Positions 25,668 through 40,035 of a stretch of DNA of 64,000 nucleotides are shown piece by piece. Position numbers and translations under genes: made by a program. Within the stretch, counting starts at the first letter, position 1. The number at the start of each line of letters is the position of its first letter. The notes beneath the pieces are model-generated. The model did not search any database. It saw only the letters and a list, made by a program, of their open reading frames with translations, and was not told where the DNA came from. The DNA comes from Eledone cirrhosa (lineage: Eukaryota): positions 56,854,001-56,918,000 of the forward strand of contig OZ024740.1 of NCBI GenBank assembly GCA_964016885.1, in the 5' to 3' direction.

Positions 25668-27689
25668 ATGAACTTGTACTTCATGATGGTGTCGTAAAGG
25701 ACCTGTTTGGGCACATTAAACCTGCCGAAGCTCATTCCCACCCTCAAGTCGACACACAACCGATTTCTTCCAGTCAAGGAGTGATAAAATGACAAGGAGA
25801 GAGGAAGTAAGAAAGTGAGAGAGAGGAAGAATCGACGTCAGTACATTTTATCTCGATCGCGAACGGATAAAAGGCAAAATTGACCTCAGTAAATTTAGGT
25901 TCCTCTGTACTTTACGAAATACTTTCTTAACCCCATCAAAACAAAACGTCGGAATTAAGAGGTAAAAATATTGCTAAAAATAGCGTGATCTTTCAACTCT
26001 GTTGCTATTTCACACAATCCGACAGGAAGTTGCCATCCAGCGGATAGGAGAAGGACGAAACCCCACAGATGGGTAGTTTTGATAAAAGATTCATTTCTAG
26101 AAATAGATTTCCTTTATAAAGAAAAGAGGAAGCCTTTTCTGTGTGTCCAAATGTAATTCCATTCGCATACAATATGAATATATTCTATTTGCAGAAAGAC
26201 TGACTTGACAGAGAGCTATATAATCAAGTTAAAGACATAACCAAGTCTAAGAAAGTCATTAGTATTATCAAATACAATTAAAGGAAAACTTACTTTAAAA
26301 GAAATTTTCAGTTTTAATAGAAATCTAATTAATTTTGGTGATCATTAATTACAACAAGAAAAAATAAAGTACCAGTAATGCACTGGAATAATTGCTAGCC
26401 TTGTGCCAAGAGTAGAAACAATTAATTACAACAAGAATACATTATACTTTCTTATCACTATAGTGAGAAATTATGTTGTGGTGCTATTATTATTGTATAA
26501 AGAACAATTACTGATACTTAATGTATTGTTGATTGGAAGAAATTCTTACTACAGCAGCAAGACAACTGATTGGCAGAATCATTAGAGCACCTGGAAAATA
26601 CATCGTGATATTAGTTCCCGCTCTTTATGCTCTGAATTCAAATCTACAACCCACGCACATATATCACTGACATTGTATCTGAATTAGAAATCATTGAATT
26701 GGCAGAATCGGTAGAGGGTCGGACGACATGCTTTGGAGCACAGTTACAGTCCTTTATGATCTGAGTTCAAATTCCGCCGAGATTAGCTTTGCCTTTCATC
26801 CTTACGGGGTCGATAAAATAAAGTACCAGTAATACACTGGGATAGTCGCTGGCCTTGTGCCAAAAGTAGAAACAATTATTAATATTTATAACGGTGAATT
26901 AGCAGTATCGGTAGAGGGTCGGACACCATGCTTTGACGTATAGAGTTACGACCCTTGCCATTCTGAGTTCAAAACCCGCCGAGGTTAACTTTGCTTTTCA
27001 TCCTTACGGGGTCGATAAAATAAAGTACCAGTAATGTACTGGGTAATTGATGGCCTTGTGCCATAGTAGAAACTATTATTAATATTGCTGTTATTAATGC
27101 AGCTCTGATTAGATTGAGCTTTTACCAAATTTTACTGGATGAGATGAAAAAAATATTCCTTTTGTATTATTTTGCAAATATCGAGCTTAATAACATCGGA
27201 TCTTCCATTCCAATACAGGGTCGATAAAATAAAGGGTCGATAAAATAAAGTAGCAGTAATGTACTGAGTAATTGCTGGCCTTGTGCCAAAAGTAGAAACA
27301 ATTATTATTATTTATAGCTTTTGCAATGATAATTGTTTTAATTTAGACACATGGTCAGCAATTTTAGTGGAGGGGAAATTCGATTACATTCACCCTTGCA
27401 CTTGATTGGTACATTATTTTCTCAACATAATAAAGATGTGAAATATATAGGGGGCTATTGAGTATGATGAAACTATATAATATAGTTTCTACTTTTGGCA
27501 CAAGGCCAGCGATTACCCCAGTGTATTACTGGTACTTTATTTTATCGACCCCATAAGGATGAAAGGCAAACTTAACCTCAGCGGATTTGGAATCAGAACG
27601 GAAAGGGCTATAACTCTATGCTGCAAAACATGGTCTCTGACGTTCTACCGATACTGCCAAACCACCACCTTTATAAGAAACTATATAAT

Positions 27690-28230
27690 ATGGAAGTTAC
27701 TAAAGTCTCTTACAATATACAAGACAAGTGTCACCTTAATGATGTATTTTGTGAAACAATGTGCCACATTGTTTCAGAAAGTTGTACACTAGGTCCGAAA
27801 AAAATATACTTAGAGACAAATTAACAAAACGAAGCGCCTCTGCATATGCTTAACTACTGAATTGCAATGGATTAAAAAAAAATTCTGAAGTACATATATG
27901 ACCGTAAAATGACAGCGCAAACATAGTATGAAACTTTAGAAAGTAGACATAAGCTTGACATCATTTTCCATGATAAAAATTACATTAGTGTATTGATTAT
28001 CGTTATTGTAATACCAAATGCCTATAATATAACGCAGAATGGAGTTGAAGAGCTAAGGAATTACAGCAACCTAGCTATTGAATTCAAAACGAAACCAGTA
28101 TAACAGTTAAGAAAGTTGTTTAACATACCATTTGTAATTGGTATAACTGTATATGCACACAAATACTTCAATAAATCACTATAAGGATAGATATAGGCAC
28201 ATTTCAGGAAATGAGAATAATAGGATCTGT
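27690..28230 (+). mobile_element. Decayed R4/Dong-like RLE LINE relic; similar relics at 29760-29890 and 33520-34060
   Basis: DKCHL....ETMCHIVSESCTL zinc-knuckle-like motif; SHDLFIDDIKL RT motif at 29790; IVVACPKD-like RLE motif near 33890. Confidence 0.55.
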
Positions 28231-29929
28231 AAATAATGGGGAGGGAACTTTCATGTATTATTTGTTACGGACGCCATGCTTTGCAGCAAAGAGTTACGAC
28301 CCTTTAAGGTCTGAGTTCAAATCCCGCTGAGGTTAACTTTGCCTTTCCTCCTTACGGGATCGATAAAATAAAGTACCAGTAATACACTGGGATAATTGCT
28401 GGCCTTGTGCCAAAAGTAGAAATAATTATTTGTTACTGTTGGATTGGCAGTATCGGTAGAAGGTCGGACACCATGCTTTGCAGCATAGAGTTACGGTCCT
28501 TTACGGTCTAAGTTCAAATCCCGCCGAGGTTAACTTTGCCTCTCATCCTTATGGGGTAGATAAAACAAAGTACCACTGAGTCGATTTAATCGATTTTCCC
28601 CTCTCTCCCCACCAAACAATTGTTGGCCTTGTGCCTAAATCAGAAACCATTATTTAAAAAATATTAGATAATAAAGAAACCGTTATTATTTGTTAATATT
28701 GAACATGTGTGTTTCCCTTGAATTTTTATGTTATCATTGGCCTTTTTTATACATATCCTCCAAGATGTACCTAATTCTTAATTTAAGAGAGGAAACTTTT
28801 ATATTTCTCAAACGATTATTAATAATTGTTTCTACTTTTGGCACAAGGCCAGCAATTATCCAGTGCATTACTGGCACTTTATTTTATCGACCCCGTAAGG
28901 ATGAAAGGCAACGTTAACCTCAGCAGGATTTGAACTCAGAATGGCAACGGCTCTATGCGTCAAAGCATGGCGTCCGATCCTCTACCGATACTGCCAATCC
29001 ACCGAATGGGTACTAATTTTGGCGCAACACCAGCACTTTTTGCTTAATAAACAAATGAGTAATATATGTTTTAAACAATTAACAAAGTTATTTTATAATA
29101 TTTACATAGTTTATTTCAAATAACTAAACGTAAGCCGTGGCTTTACAATGGTTAATGAGAGAATGAGAAATCAACAAATAACTTCAAGAGGATATTTGGT
29201 TTTCAATCGAAGTGAATTTATTACTTTAAATCGATATGTTATTTCATAGAATTGTTATCTAATCTTGTATTGCTAAATTTAGTTTCAGCATATTTTTGGT
29301 GAATATTCTTCAATAGTAGTGAATAGTTATTATATCTGAGTTGGATATTGGGGGGAGGGGGACTGGTTGAGTTAGACAACATAGGAGTTATTCTGCCTCA
29401 TGCCAACCGCTGAATTGCTGAAAAAATGAATTTTGATATGAATTTTGGTTCCTACTGATTCAAAACGGTGTGGCCACTTTCCATGAGCTTACTGGTTCAA
29501 TTTCTGCACTAAGATGTTGCTAGATAATGGTCAATCTGTATTGATTATTCGTTATATATCCACACTTGACATTTTATAACATCAAATACGATTGGTGATG
29601 ATTATGATGATGATGATGATGAGGTTTTGAGCTCGCACACATACACACACAGACGTAAACACATATATGCACACATTCACTAACATACACTTATAAAAGT
29701 AATTGTCATCTTCTGAGCGTTGTAACGTTCACTTTTCATTCTTTCTTTGTTTATAATTATAGACAGGAAGAAAGAGAATGATACACTCCCACGATCTCTT
29801 TATAGATGACATAAAATTGCATACTACAGATCGTTCCAGGCTTCACAATTCCCTTAGTGTTGTCACGCAGTTTGACAAGGACATTAAGCAATGTTGTTTC
29901 TCGCGACATGAGCAAAGATTTCGAGCGTG

Positions 29930-30800
29930 TTTGTCATGTGAATCTTATATCAAAACTAGCCACTTATGGGGTTTCGTTCTCCTCTTATTTGCTGGATCGG
30001 CAACTTCCAGTCAGATCGCACTAACTCTTTTTTTGCATTGATGGAGCTTTCTCTGACCCACACTCTACAAACTCCGACGTATCCCAGCGTTCAGTTCCTA
30101 AACACCCACCTCCAAACGTCCTTTTCATGCAACCTATACATCTCACGTTAAATCTGTACTGACTCAATGAACAAAAACTTCGAGACGATTCTCCAGTTTA
30201 TTCATGTTAATATTGTCTCGTTCAACACAAAGCGAAAATTACTTCACATATCAAAAGCAACGTCACTGCAACTTACCATATTTAAGCAGGAACAGCATGC
30301 AATTAAAGCCCTAGTTTTCGCTCCAAATGCTAGGCCTCACTAGCACCTAAAATTTTTCATAGCGAAAGCACACCCTAACCAAATCAAGAACTTAATCTGC
30401 CAGAAAATACTTCAGCCCCCAACAACTTCTAACTTTCTTCAAAGCTCAGGCAAGGCCACAACGGAATAATGCTCCCACATCTGGGATGGTGTAGCTGCCA
30501 CATACGCAAATATCATAGATGGTATCAAGAAAAATGTTCACTCTTGTGACTAGCGTAGAGTCACTGACAGACACGTTCCAGCTTCTCATCCACAGATGTT
30601 CTGTCTCTTACCCCTACCTTTTCTACCGCTATTACAATGCTCTCTTCTTTTCAGAACTGGCTGAACTCGTGTTAGTGCTACCTCCACTCAGGTACTCCGT
30701 GTATTACCCGTGTTGTGTCCACCCTGCTCCCAGGGCCAACACTAACCATTACGTCCCTCTGGGATTCTCTTCGTGTATATGTCTTTTCTGCAGCAGTCGA
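29930..30800 (+). mobile_element. Decayed CR1/L2-type LINE RT relic
   Basis: Broken motifs FKAQARP...CSHIWDG and HR.SVS...FYRYYN...SELAEL. Confidence 0.55.
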
Positions 30801-31483
30801 GCTCTATATAAACATCATCAATCTCATAAGTCTCGGAGTTATGTACTTATTCACTTCCCCCAGCCGTAGCCAAAAAAGACGTTCTTTGAACAGGAGAAAT
30901 GCAAGAAAATGACAAGAAAAGGAGAGATAGTCTAACAAGAAAGTCTAACAAATGATAAAAACTACCAGGAGATTGAATAAATACAGGAGCTAGATAGTTT
31001 TACTTTCAACAAATGTTTGAACATAATGGCAGTGAAACTTTATGCGTGCATTGGTGTGTGTGAATGTGTGCGAGTGTGTATATACGTGAGTGGTATGTGT
31101 ATGTGTATCTATGTATGTGTGTTTGTATATATGTGCATATGTGTCTGTGTGTGTTTTTGTGTGTGTGTGTATGTGTGGGTGTGTCCAAGCTGTGGAAACG
31201 AGTATGAAAAATGAATATTTTGAAATGTCATCTCAATTGTGATGGTAATATCTGTGTTATTAATACATTAGCATTGTCAGATTTAATGTACGACTGTGTA
31301 GCATTGGATTAGGGTGTAACAGACCTATATTTCATCAGCTGTAATACGAGAAACTTCTGAAATATTACACATGTACGTTAAAATATATCTGATATCGAAT
31401 TTATGTACATTTCTAGAAGAGTTGACATGGGATTATTAAACCGTTAAGGAGTAATACTTGGCGTTTTTCAAGCGGGCTTATTA

Positions 31484-31942
31484 TCTATATACTACTAAAA
31501 CTGTGCATGTCTGTATTTTGTCTGTGTGTGGTTGTCTGTATTTTAATACAGCCCAAACGGTGCATAAGGGGAAAATACTTTGAAAGGAAGTTGCCCCTGA
31601 AATAGGAATACAAATGGTATAAAACAAGTTTCGCGTAAATCGGAGCACGGATTCCCGAGATACGGAGTTTTTCCGAGTACCTTCATAAATAGAGGAAGAG
31701 AAAGATAGAGAAAAAGAGATAGTGGTTGTGAAAGAGTAGATTGAAAGAGAGACATAGAGAGAGAGAAAGAGACAGAGAATGAAAATGGAAAAGAGAGAGA
31801 GAAAGAGAGCTGCTGGTGTTGTTGAATGAAATTATAACCGGTGACTTCAAAGAATCGAATAAAACATTACTTTATCTGTGTGTGTAGCGAATATTTTCTG
31901 CTAAATCAGAAGGGTATCTAAGTGTGTGTGTATATATATATG

Positions 31943-31978
<36 letters not shown>

Positions 31979-32072
31979 ACCAGTGTATGTAGGTCACAGA
32001 CGCCCATATATATATATATATACACACATATATATGTACACACACATATACACACTCGCACGCATACACACA

Positions 32073-32143
<71 letters not shown>

Positions 32144-32283
32144 GGGGAGGGCCTTCCAATTTCATTTTACATTATTTACATGTCTATGTATATTTTTAAT
32201 TATTTAAAAATTATTATTAAGTGAACATAATTTTTAAAAATATTTTTAAGTAAACGTGACCCAACGGGTCACGGGTTGTCTAG
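31484..32283 (+). mobile_element. Non-autonomous Helitron
   Basis: Starts A|TCtatatactactaaaa; ends with the hairpin gtgaccc-aac-gggtcac followed by CTAG|T; no TSD; internal microsatellites. Confidence 0.8.
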
Positions 32284-34396
32284 TGTACAATAGATCTATC
32301 AGTTCCTCGTTGATTATTCAAAGGACTGTGAATCTCGTGCGTTTCTCCGGGTTTGCTGTTTCTTTTTTTTATTTTTTTGCCTTCTTTTCACGGCTGACCT
32401 CAACAGATGGGGACCCTTGTACATTCCCCATTTCCTTTTCAAGTTGATGTGGTAGACTGATGAAAGATGGGACCTCGCCTATCTCGTTGTTGGCTCGTAG
32501 TACAATCAAGGAGGTGAGGTTTTCAACTACATTCAAAGCTGCAACTGGTGGTGCTCTGGAAAACAGTAGTTTCTTGGTCTTGCTGGTATTACTGCTAACT
32601 TTCCTCTCTCCTGCTCTCTTTTCCGCCTTCTCTTCTCCTCTCTTTTGCCAGCACCGATGAATATAAAGCAATTGGATGGCTCTTATGGTTACAAAACATA
32701 AATTATGTAAAGTATAAACACTGCTATACATTTCTAGAATACAATGCAGCATATCATTGAGAGACATGAAGGGGAAATTGATGACATAGCAGATCCTCAC
32801 TCGCATATGAATGTTTCAAACGTCATGATGATAATGACCTCGGTGCGATTTTAACTCGGGACTAAACACCGCAAATCATTTTGTCCGACATTTTAATGAT
32901 TCTGCCAATCCACCGCCTTATAGTCGAAAATAAATCGTTGTATTCAGTATAAAAAACGCAGAAAAATAGTTAGCAGAAATAGGTATATCACCCATGGATT
33001 TCCCAAAACAACGCACTAAAAATTAGTACTAAAAATGTATACACTGAAAAAATGTCAGATACACAAAAAAAAAGGTTAAATAATTACTGAAAAAAATTTA
33101 GATAGAATAATCAAGAAAATAAACACAGCATATGAATGTACCCTTCACCATCCCTCCCTATACATATACACTCTTTGGTAAGGTATCGGCCCATAACTCC
33201 TGATAGAGTCGTAGGTTCACCGTATTGACACAGCGTTTCTTGGGTATTTTAAACCTGGCGGAGCCCATCCCTCTCCAGCAGATTTCTTCCAGAGAAAGAT
33301 GGAAAGTGAGAGAGAGGCAATGTGAAAGAGATATAGAGGAAGAATCGACCCCAGTACTAGACTGGTACTTATTTTAACGACATCGAAATTATGAAAGGCA
33401 AAGGTAACCTCGGTGGCATTTGAACTCAGAGAGCTGAGATTCGGAACAAATACCATAACGCATTCTATCCGATGTTCTAACGACTCTGCTAATTCGCCGC
33501 CTATATGCACTCTTTACGGACAATTAAACTGATTCAATAATCTGATAACCTACAGAGTCATACCTAGTTGAAAGGGGAGATTTAATCCCTCATATATGCT
33601 GCTCAGGATCATTGTCTCCTAAAGAGATCATTCAAAATATACTCGGAAGATATAATGCCATTTGTGTGGAAACCATCGGCAAGATACTTGCTAAATACTC
33701 TACTCTGGCCGTGTCATAATGGAACATATGGTATGACAGTGTTGCCATCTACCCTTATTGGAAGATATGCAAGGCAATATTGTGTAAGCATGTCTCAGAG
33801 ACAGTAGAAAATTAAAATGATGTGATTTTTTGGAAAATGCAAATAAATACCGACCGAGGATAAGAGGTATCCAGATGTTGTACACTTATTGTTGTGGCCT
33901 GTCCAAAAGATAATAGGATCCCGATAAAGGTGAATGAAAACCTTTCTAAATTTAATGACTTGGAGACAGAAATACGGAGAATATAGAATATGGACGCAGG
34001 ATTAGTTCAAGTCTTTTTAAAAGTTGTTCTTATTTGTGAAGATCAGAGAATCGAATAACTAAACCAAGTAATAAAGCAATGTTTATATTCGCTCACAAAT
34101 AATTAGCATTAGATTTATCAAACGTACGAAGATACATTTTAAGAAGAAAAATGTAAATGTTATCTGACATGAAAATATATGTTTAAAAGTAGTAAGGAGA
34201 AGGGTCAACAGCACAGACCACACTACAAAAGAACACACCTCAAACATAACCTCAGTACTAGGTACACACTCTACAACGCAACAGAGTTGTAATAGTAAGC
34301 CTAACATAGCTTGGTAATGATTCCTTCTAACATTGGCACAAGGCCAGTAATTTGGAGGAAAGGGAAAAACAATTATATTGACTCCAATATTTAAAT

Positions 34397-34732
34397 CAGC
34401 GGTTCCCAACCTTTTATAATAAATTCCACCTTAATGATATAGCAAAACAGTATGGCCTCCCAAAAAATTAAAATTTTTGATATAATTTTTTATGTAGAAA
34501 TAATTTTGGCATGTCCTTTTATTTGTGAAGTAAAATCATAATTAGCAAAGGTAGAAAGTTGATAAAAAGTTGAATATAAAAATTTGAAGCAAGAAAAAGA
34601 AAAAATTATGTTAGGAAACTACTTTTCTTTTTTATGTATAAAATTTTGTGATGTTTAGTTAATTCCCGTGGCTCCTCCAATAACTTGCTATGGCCCACTG
34701 GTGGGCCATGGCCCCCTGGTTGGGAACCAATG
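34397..34732. mobile_element. hAT (Charlie-like) MITE inserted into a SINE
   Basis: TIRs cagcggttcccaacc / ggttgggaaccaatg; perfect 8-bp TSD atttaaat. Confidence 0.88.
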
Positions 34733-37700
34733 ATTTAAATAGAAAAATAAAATTAGAATTTTATTTTTCGCCCTAGCATACTAATGTTTAAATAGTATTT
34801 TATTTTATCGACCCCAGAAGGAAGAAATGCTAAGTTGAACTAAGCGGTGTTCGAACTCAGAACATAGAAGGTCGTAACTAAATCCCGCTAAGCATTTTGT
34901 CTGACGCTCACTACCCAGTAATAATTATTTCTGATTTAAGCACAAGGTCAACAATTCTATGATTTAATTAAATCGACCGCATTGAGTTACTGGTACTTTA
35001 TTTCATCGACCCCGTAAGGATGAAAGGCAAAGCTAGTCTCAGCGGGATTTGAACTCGGTAGTAATGGTTTCTGATTTAGATACAAGGCTAACAATATTTT
35101 GAGGGGTAAAGACGATTAAATTGACACCAGTGCATTGCTGGTGCTTTATTCTATCGACCCCGTAATAATGAGTTCTACTATAGGCACAAGGCCATCAATT
35201 TTGGGGGAGAGGAAAGTCGATTAAATCAACCCCAGTGCATTACTGGTACTTTATTTTATCGATCCCGTAAAGATGAAAGCCAAAGTTAACCTCGGCGGGA
35301 TTTGAACTCAGATCATAAAGGGCCGTAACTCTTTAACGCGAAGCATGGTGTCCGGCGCTCTACAGTTACTGCCAATCCACCGCCCTAATAACCACGCCAA
35401 TAATAAATATATATTGTTTCTTTCAAACAAACTTTGTGGGCCTGTAATTTTCTCATCGGGTATCAAAGTTTGTATTTGATTAATTCTTAGATGTTGGTGT
35501 TTAACTCTGTGTCAGCTTTCATTACACAGAACCTTAACCAAAAGCATTCCAGTCATGTCCATCCATTTGTTTGGACATCTAGGATTAATGTGACCTATAT
35601 GCGAAAGTTATACGGAAAACAACACAGCAAAACTATACTGTACTCTAAAGGTATACATTAGAGTGTATGTGGGTGTGTGTTTACGTGTGTGTGAACATGT
35701 CCGTGTTTATACTATTTATTTATGAGTCGTAACTTAGCTGTTCAGCAAACAGAGATAGCTAAAACATGAAAGGTTAAGTACTGGTGTCGTTAAGATCGAC
35801 AAAAAACTTTTCAAAGCAGTACCTTCAGCATGGCCGTAAGTCTAATGACGGAAATCAGTAAAAGAAAAAATGAATAAATAAATCCAGGATTGATAATGTT
35901 ACTCATGTTACTCAAACAAATGAGAAATTATTATATACAGCCAAGATCAAGCGAGAAATTTTGGTGAAAGGCAAGCAAGACACACACAATATCTTTTTAA
36001 GCAATGGTTATTTGAATTGTATTGAAAGCAATTTGGTAGAGCATTCTATTCCATTTAACTGAATATGCTTTAAGCTATTTTTAATAAGTCTGAAACAATT
36101 CAGTTAGTGTTAACATACTGAATGCAGTAAGAATCAAAGATTTAAGTAGAAATGTTTGGTCGGTAGATGCAAGACAATATTATCTGACACGGTATAAGAA
36201 AGAATGTGTATTTTGGTAAATAAAATATGAGAGTGAAGAATGATGGGATAGTCAAAATTCTATTTAGAAATGTTTATTTGGTGATGAAACAGCACCAAAT
36301 AAATAATTATTGTATTTCAATCATTTTGGCAAATACGGAAGACAATCCCTGACATATTTCGGCATTATTAGATTTTCTCAATGAAGCATAGACTTCATCG
36401 TTCTTACCGAAGAAATGATGAAGGAATCAGAGGGGAAAATTAAACTCATTGAAAAAGCATTTACGTTAATTATTCGGAAACACCATCAGCATGAAAAAAT
36501 ACAACTCAGTTAGTGTTAACATACTTAATGAAGTGAGAATCAAAGTAGGAATATTTGCGTGGTAGATGCAAGACAATATTATCTGACTCAGTATTAGAAA
36601 AAAGGTGTATTTTGGTAATTAAAACATGAGACTGAAGAATGATGGAATAGTCTTTGGGAAGACATTTCATAGAGTTTGAAAAGGAAATTGCGATTATTAC
36701 ATAATATTTAAAAAATGGTATTCACTGCACAAAAAGTTTTAAAAAAACATTTATCAGAAAATTATATTTAAATAAAATGTTGTTTTGTTTTGTTTTGTTT
36801 TAGACTGAGCAAGATATAATGAAAAATATGCAGCATATAATTAGCTAATAATTGTCACCACATTGACATAAGGTCATAATTTGAGCAAAGTACTTAACTG
36901 GTACTTTATTTTATTGACCCTGGAAGGATAAGAACAAAGTTGAGCAAGGTAGGTTTTGAGATTTGAGCGCAGACAACGAGAAAAAATGCTATAAAGTATT
37001 CTATCTGAAGCTCTAATAGATCTGTTAATCTACCAACCTATAATTAGCTAATAATAACATATAATTAACGGATATCCCGAGGCTGAACTGGGAATAAACG
37101 CATCGAAAGGTAAAAATAAATAGAATGATGCCTGGAATCTCTTAGGAAGAGAAAACACAAAAGAAAAAGGTTTGAAACGAAATATCAAGAGATTGTTTCT
37201 TAACCCATACTTTTTAATGAAAAATAATTACACATTTCAATTAAATAAAACATTATATAACGATGAAACTACATAAAAACTACAAAAACACTGCATATTG
37301 TTAAATATATATCTTAGAAACCATTTGCTTTAATTCTAACATGTTTGAATCTAAAAATAAAACATTATTATATGGCAGTGGATTGGCAGTATCGGTGGAG
37401 GGTCGGACGCCATGCTTTCCAGCATAGTTACGTCCCTTTACGATCTGAGTTCAAATCCCGCCGAGGTTGACTTTGCCTTTCATCCTTACGGGGTCGATAA
37501 AATAAAGTACCAGTAATGCACTGGATAATTGCTGGCCTTGTGCCTAAAGTAGAAACAATTATTATATGGCAGTATCAGTAGAGGGTCGGACGCCATGCTT
37601 TCCAGCATAGTTACGTCCCTTTACGATCTGAGTTCAAATCCCGCCGAGGTTGACTTTCCCTTTCATCTTTACGGGGTCGATAAAATAAAGTACCAGTAAT

Positions 37701-38532
37701 GCATTGGGTAATTGCTGGCCTTGTGCCTAAAGTAGAAACAATTATTATTCAAATCCCGCCGAGGTTAACTTTGCCTTTCATCCTTACGGGGTCGATAAAA
37801 TAAAAGTACCAGTAATGTACTGGGAATTGCTGGCCTTGTGCCAAAAGTAGAAACAATTATTAGTTGTGCCAAAAGTTGAAACATTTATTAGTGTAAAAAC
37901 TAATAATGCAGATGGAGATTCTCGCACATTTGAGCATCTTAAAAGTATCTTCATTGTGTGAAAAATTAAAAATATCCAATATTCGCTAAATCACAGTTTT
38001 ATGTAAAAGCTCTACCGAAATAGAAGTTCAATGGCCCCTCAATAAACACAGTCCAAATAATTATTACAAAATTTAAACTCTTAATACATAAATATAGTAT
38101 AAAAGTGGAATCAAAAGGTATTTATAACACAGTAAACGATGTATGATAAAAATGAAACTACTCAAGCACACGGATTATTAACAAATAGAAACATACATAT
38201 TTGAAAACACCCAACTACCATTAATCTAACTGAAAGAGTTAAATACAATTACAAAATATTAGAAATGAAAAACAAAATCTCATGTGTAAATCCTTCCCCG
38301 TCACCTAATGATGCTGCAGGTGTAGAATAAACACAACTTCTTCTTGCCGTCTTTTTCAGTCATCAGCTAGCCACATGTTTTCCATCGACCCCAACATCCA
38401 TTCCTTAATGTTACTGAAGCACAGCCTTTCGTAATTTTCTGTTTAAATCTTCTTTAAATAGCCCCGAAGGGGCAATTAACATTTAGAAAATGATATCTAG
38501 CTCTATACGATTATGTATCATAATGATGTGGC

Positions 38533-38580
<48 letters not shown>

Positions 38581-38868
38581 AAATATATATATAGGGAAAT
38601 ATATATATATATATATATAGGGAAAGAGTCAGGACCCCGACGGCTGAGCTCCGGCCATTTTGACAGCTAGATCCGAAGCTCAGTCGTCAGGGTCCTGACT
38701 CTTTTCCTATTACCCACTCTACTTGGTGCGTTATTTCTTTGTTATATATATATATATATAAAGTGTCAAAACGATCAAATTTTAGTTTAGAACATTTATC
38801 AGCTGACAATTGTTTCTTCCAGATAAATATAAATATAAATATAAATATAAATTTTAATATAAATATAA

Positions 38869-39593
38869 AGTCTGTCACTACTCTAAAACAATAGCATAAG
38901 GTCTTCGAAATGCTTTTAAACATACAGTGTATTGCAAAATACACTATATATACATTCATATATATATAGCTATTTCAGAGCACCAATTCTAATTTTCAAT
39001 TCCTGCTTGACCGGCAACCGCTCTGTATAATCAGTTCCTGATTATTAACTAGAATTCTATAAGAACCAAACATCCATGATTTCAGCAAACAGGAGGAGTA
39101 GTTGGCTTTGATAAGCATCAATAAATGCGAAACAAGGCCTTGTCAGCTTTATCTCCCCCTGTTTGCTGAAATTAAAGTGAGTCTGTCACTACTCTAAAAT
39201 AATAGCATAAGGTCTTCGAAATGCTTTTAATTAAGCATACAGTGTATTGCAAAATACACTATATATACATTCATATATATATAGCTATTTCAGAGCACCA
39301 ATTCTAATTTTCAATTTCTGCTTGACCGGCAACCGCTCTGTATAATAAGTTCCTGATTATTTACTAGAATTCTATAAGAACAAAACATCCATGATATCAG
39401 CAAATAGGAGGAGTAGTAGGCTTTGATAATCATCAATAAAGGCGAAACATGGCCTTGTCAGCTTTATCTCCCTCTGTTTGCTGAAATTAAAGTAAGTGAG
39501 TCTGTCACTACTCTAAAACAATAGCATAAGGTCTTCGAAATGCTTTTAATTAAGCATACAGTGTATTGCAAAATACACTATATATAGATTCAT
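38869..39593 (+). repeat. Tandem repeat of about 315 bp (2.3 units) carrying a hammerhead motif
   Basis: Unit starts agtctgtcactactc at 38869, 39180 and 39499. Confidence 0.9.
39081..39170 (+). ncRNA. Type I hammerhead ribozyme, U3-A8 core variant
   Basis: ggct-TTGATAA-gcat-caataa-atgc-GAA-ACAAGGCCTTGT-C-agct, enclosed by ttcagcaaacagg/cctgtttgctgaa. The second copy (39419-39463) has a damaged stem II. Confidence 0.75.
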
Positions 39594-39606
39594 AAATGTT
39601 ACTATA

Positions 39607-39664
<58 letters not shown>

Positions 39665-39665
<1 letters not shown>

Positions 39666-40035
39666 GGGAAAAAATGAAACGAAATTTCATTTCTCACTCT
39701 TAGTACGGCTGTTACTTAAATATAAGTATGTATACGTACATACATATATGTATACAGACGTACAGTAGTATGTATATATATATATACATGCACACATATA
39801 TATATGTACGTATGGATTTACCGAACATTTATTATAATGCTCGGTGTTTGTAAACAAACATCCCGAATTAAGCCGTACAGTGTTTAGCAGCCATCGTTGC
39901 CCTTTTGTTCAACACTGACAAAGGAACGATGTACTAGTTTCAAGCTTATTAGCTATCGTCAGCACTGTATACCTTCCTGCCAGATGACTGAACGTCTGAA
40001 AGTATATACTTTCCATATGCATATTAACGGCTTAG
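39665..40035 (-). repeat. Single unit of the ~0.5-kb hammerhead repeat family (motif at 39927-39967)
   Basis: Homologous to the 47.7-50.5 kb units; cagtg-CTGACGA-tagct-aata-agctt-GAAACTAGTA-catcg. Confidence 0.85.

Noticed and set aside
36100-36652. Diverged ~150-bp direct repeat (36100-36255 and 36507-36652)
   Set aside because: Looks like an old local duplication with no structural or coding signal.
37376-37862. SINE heads as functional tRNA genes
   Set aside because: A and B boxes are present but spaced too far apart for a cloverleaf, and they are followed by a conserved SINE body and tail.
38305-38430. Possible upstream 5'UTR exon (donor cattag|gtgacg on the minus strand)
   Set aside because: A donor-like motif alone is insufficient without transcript evidence.
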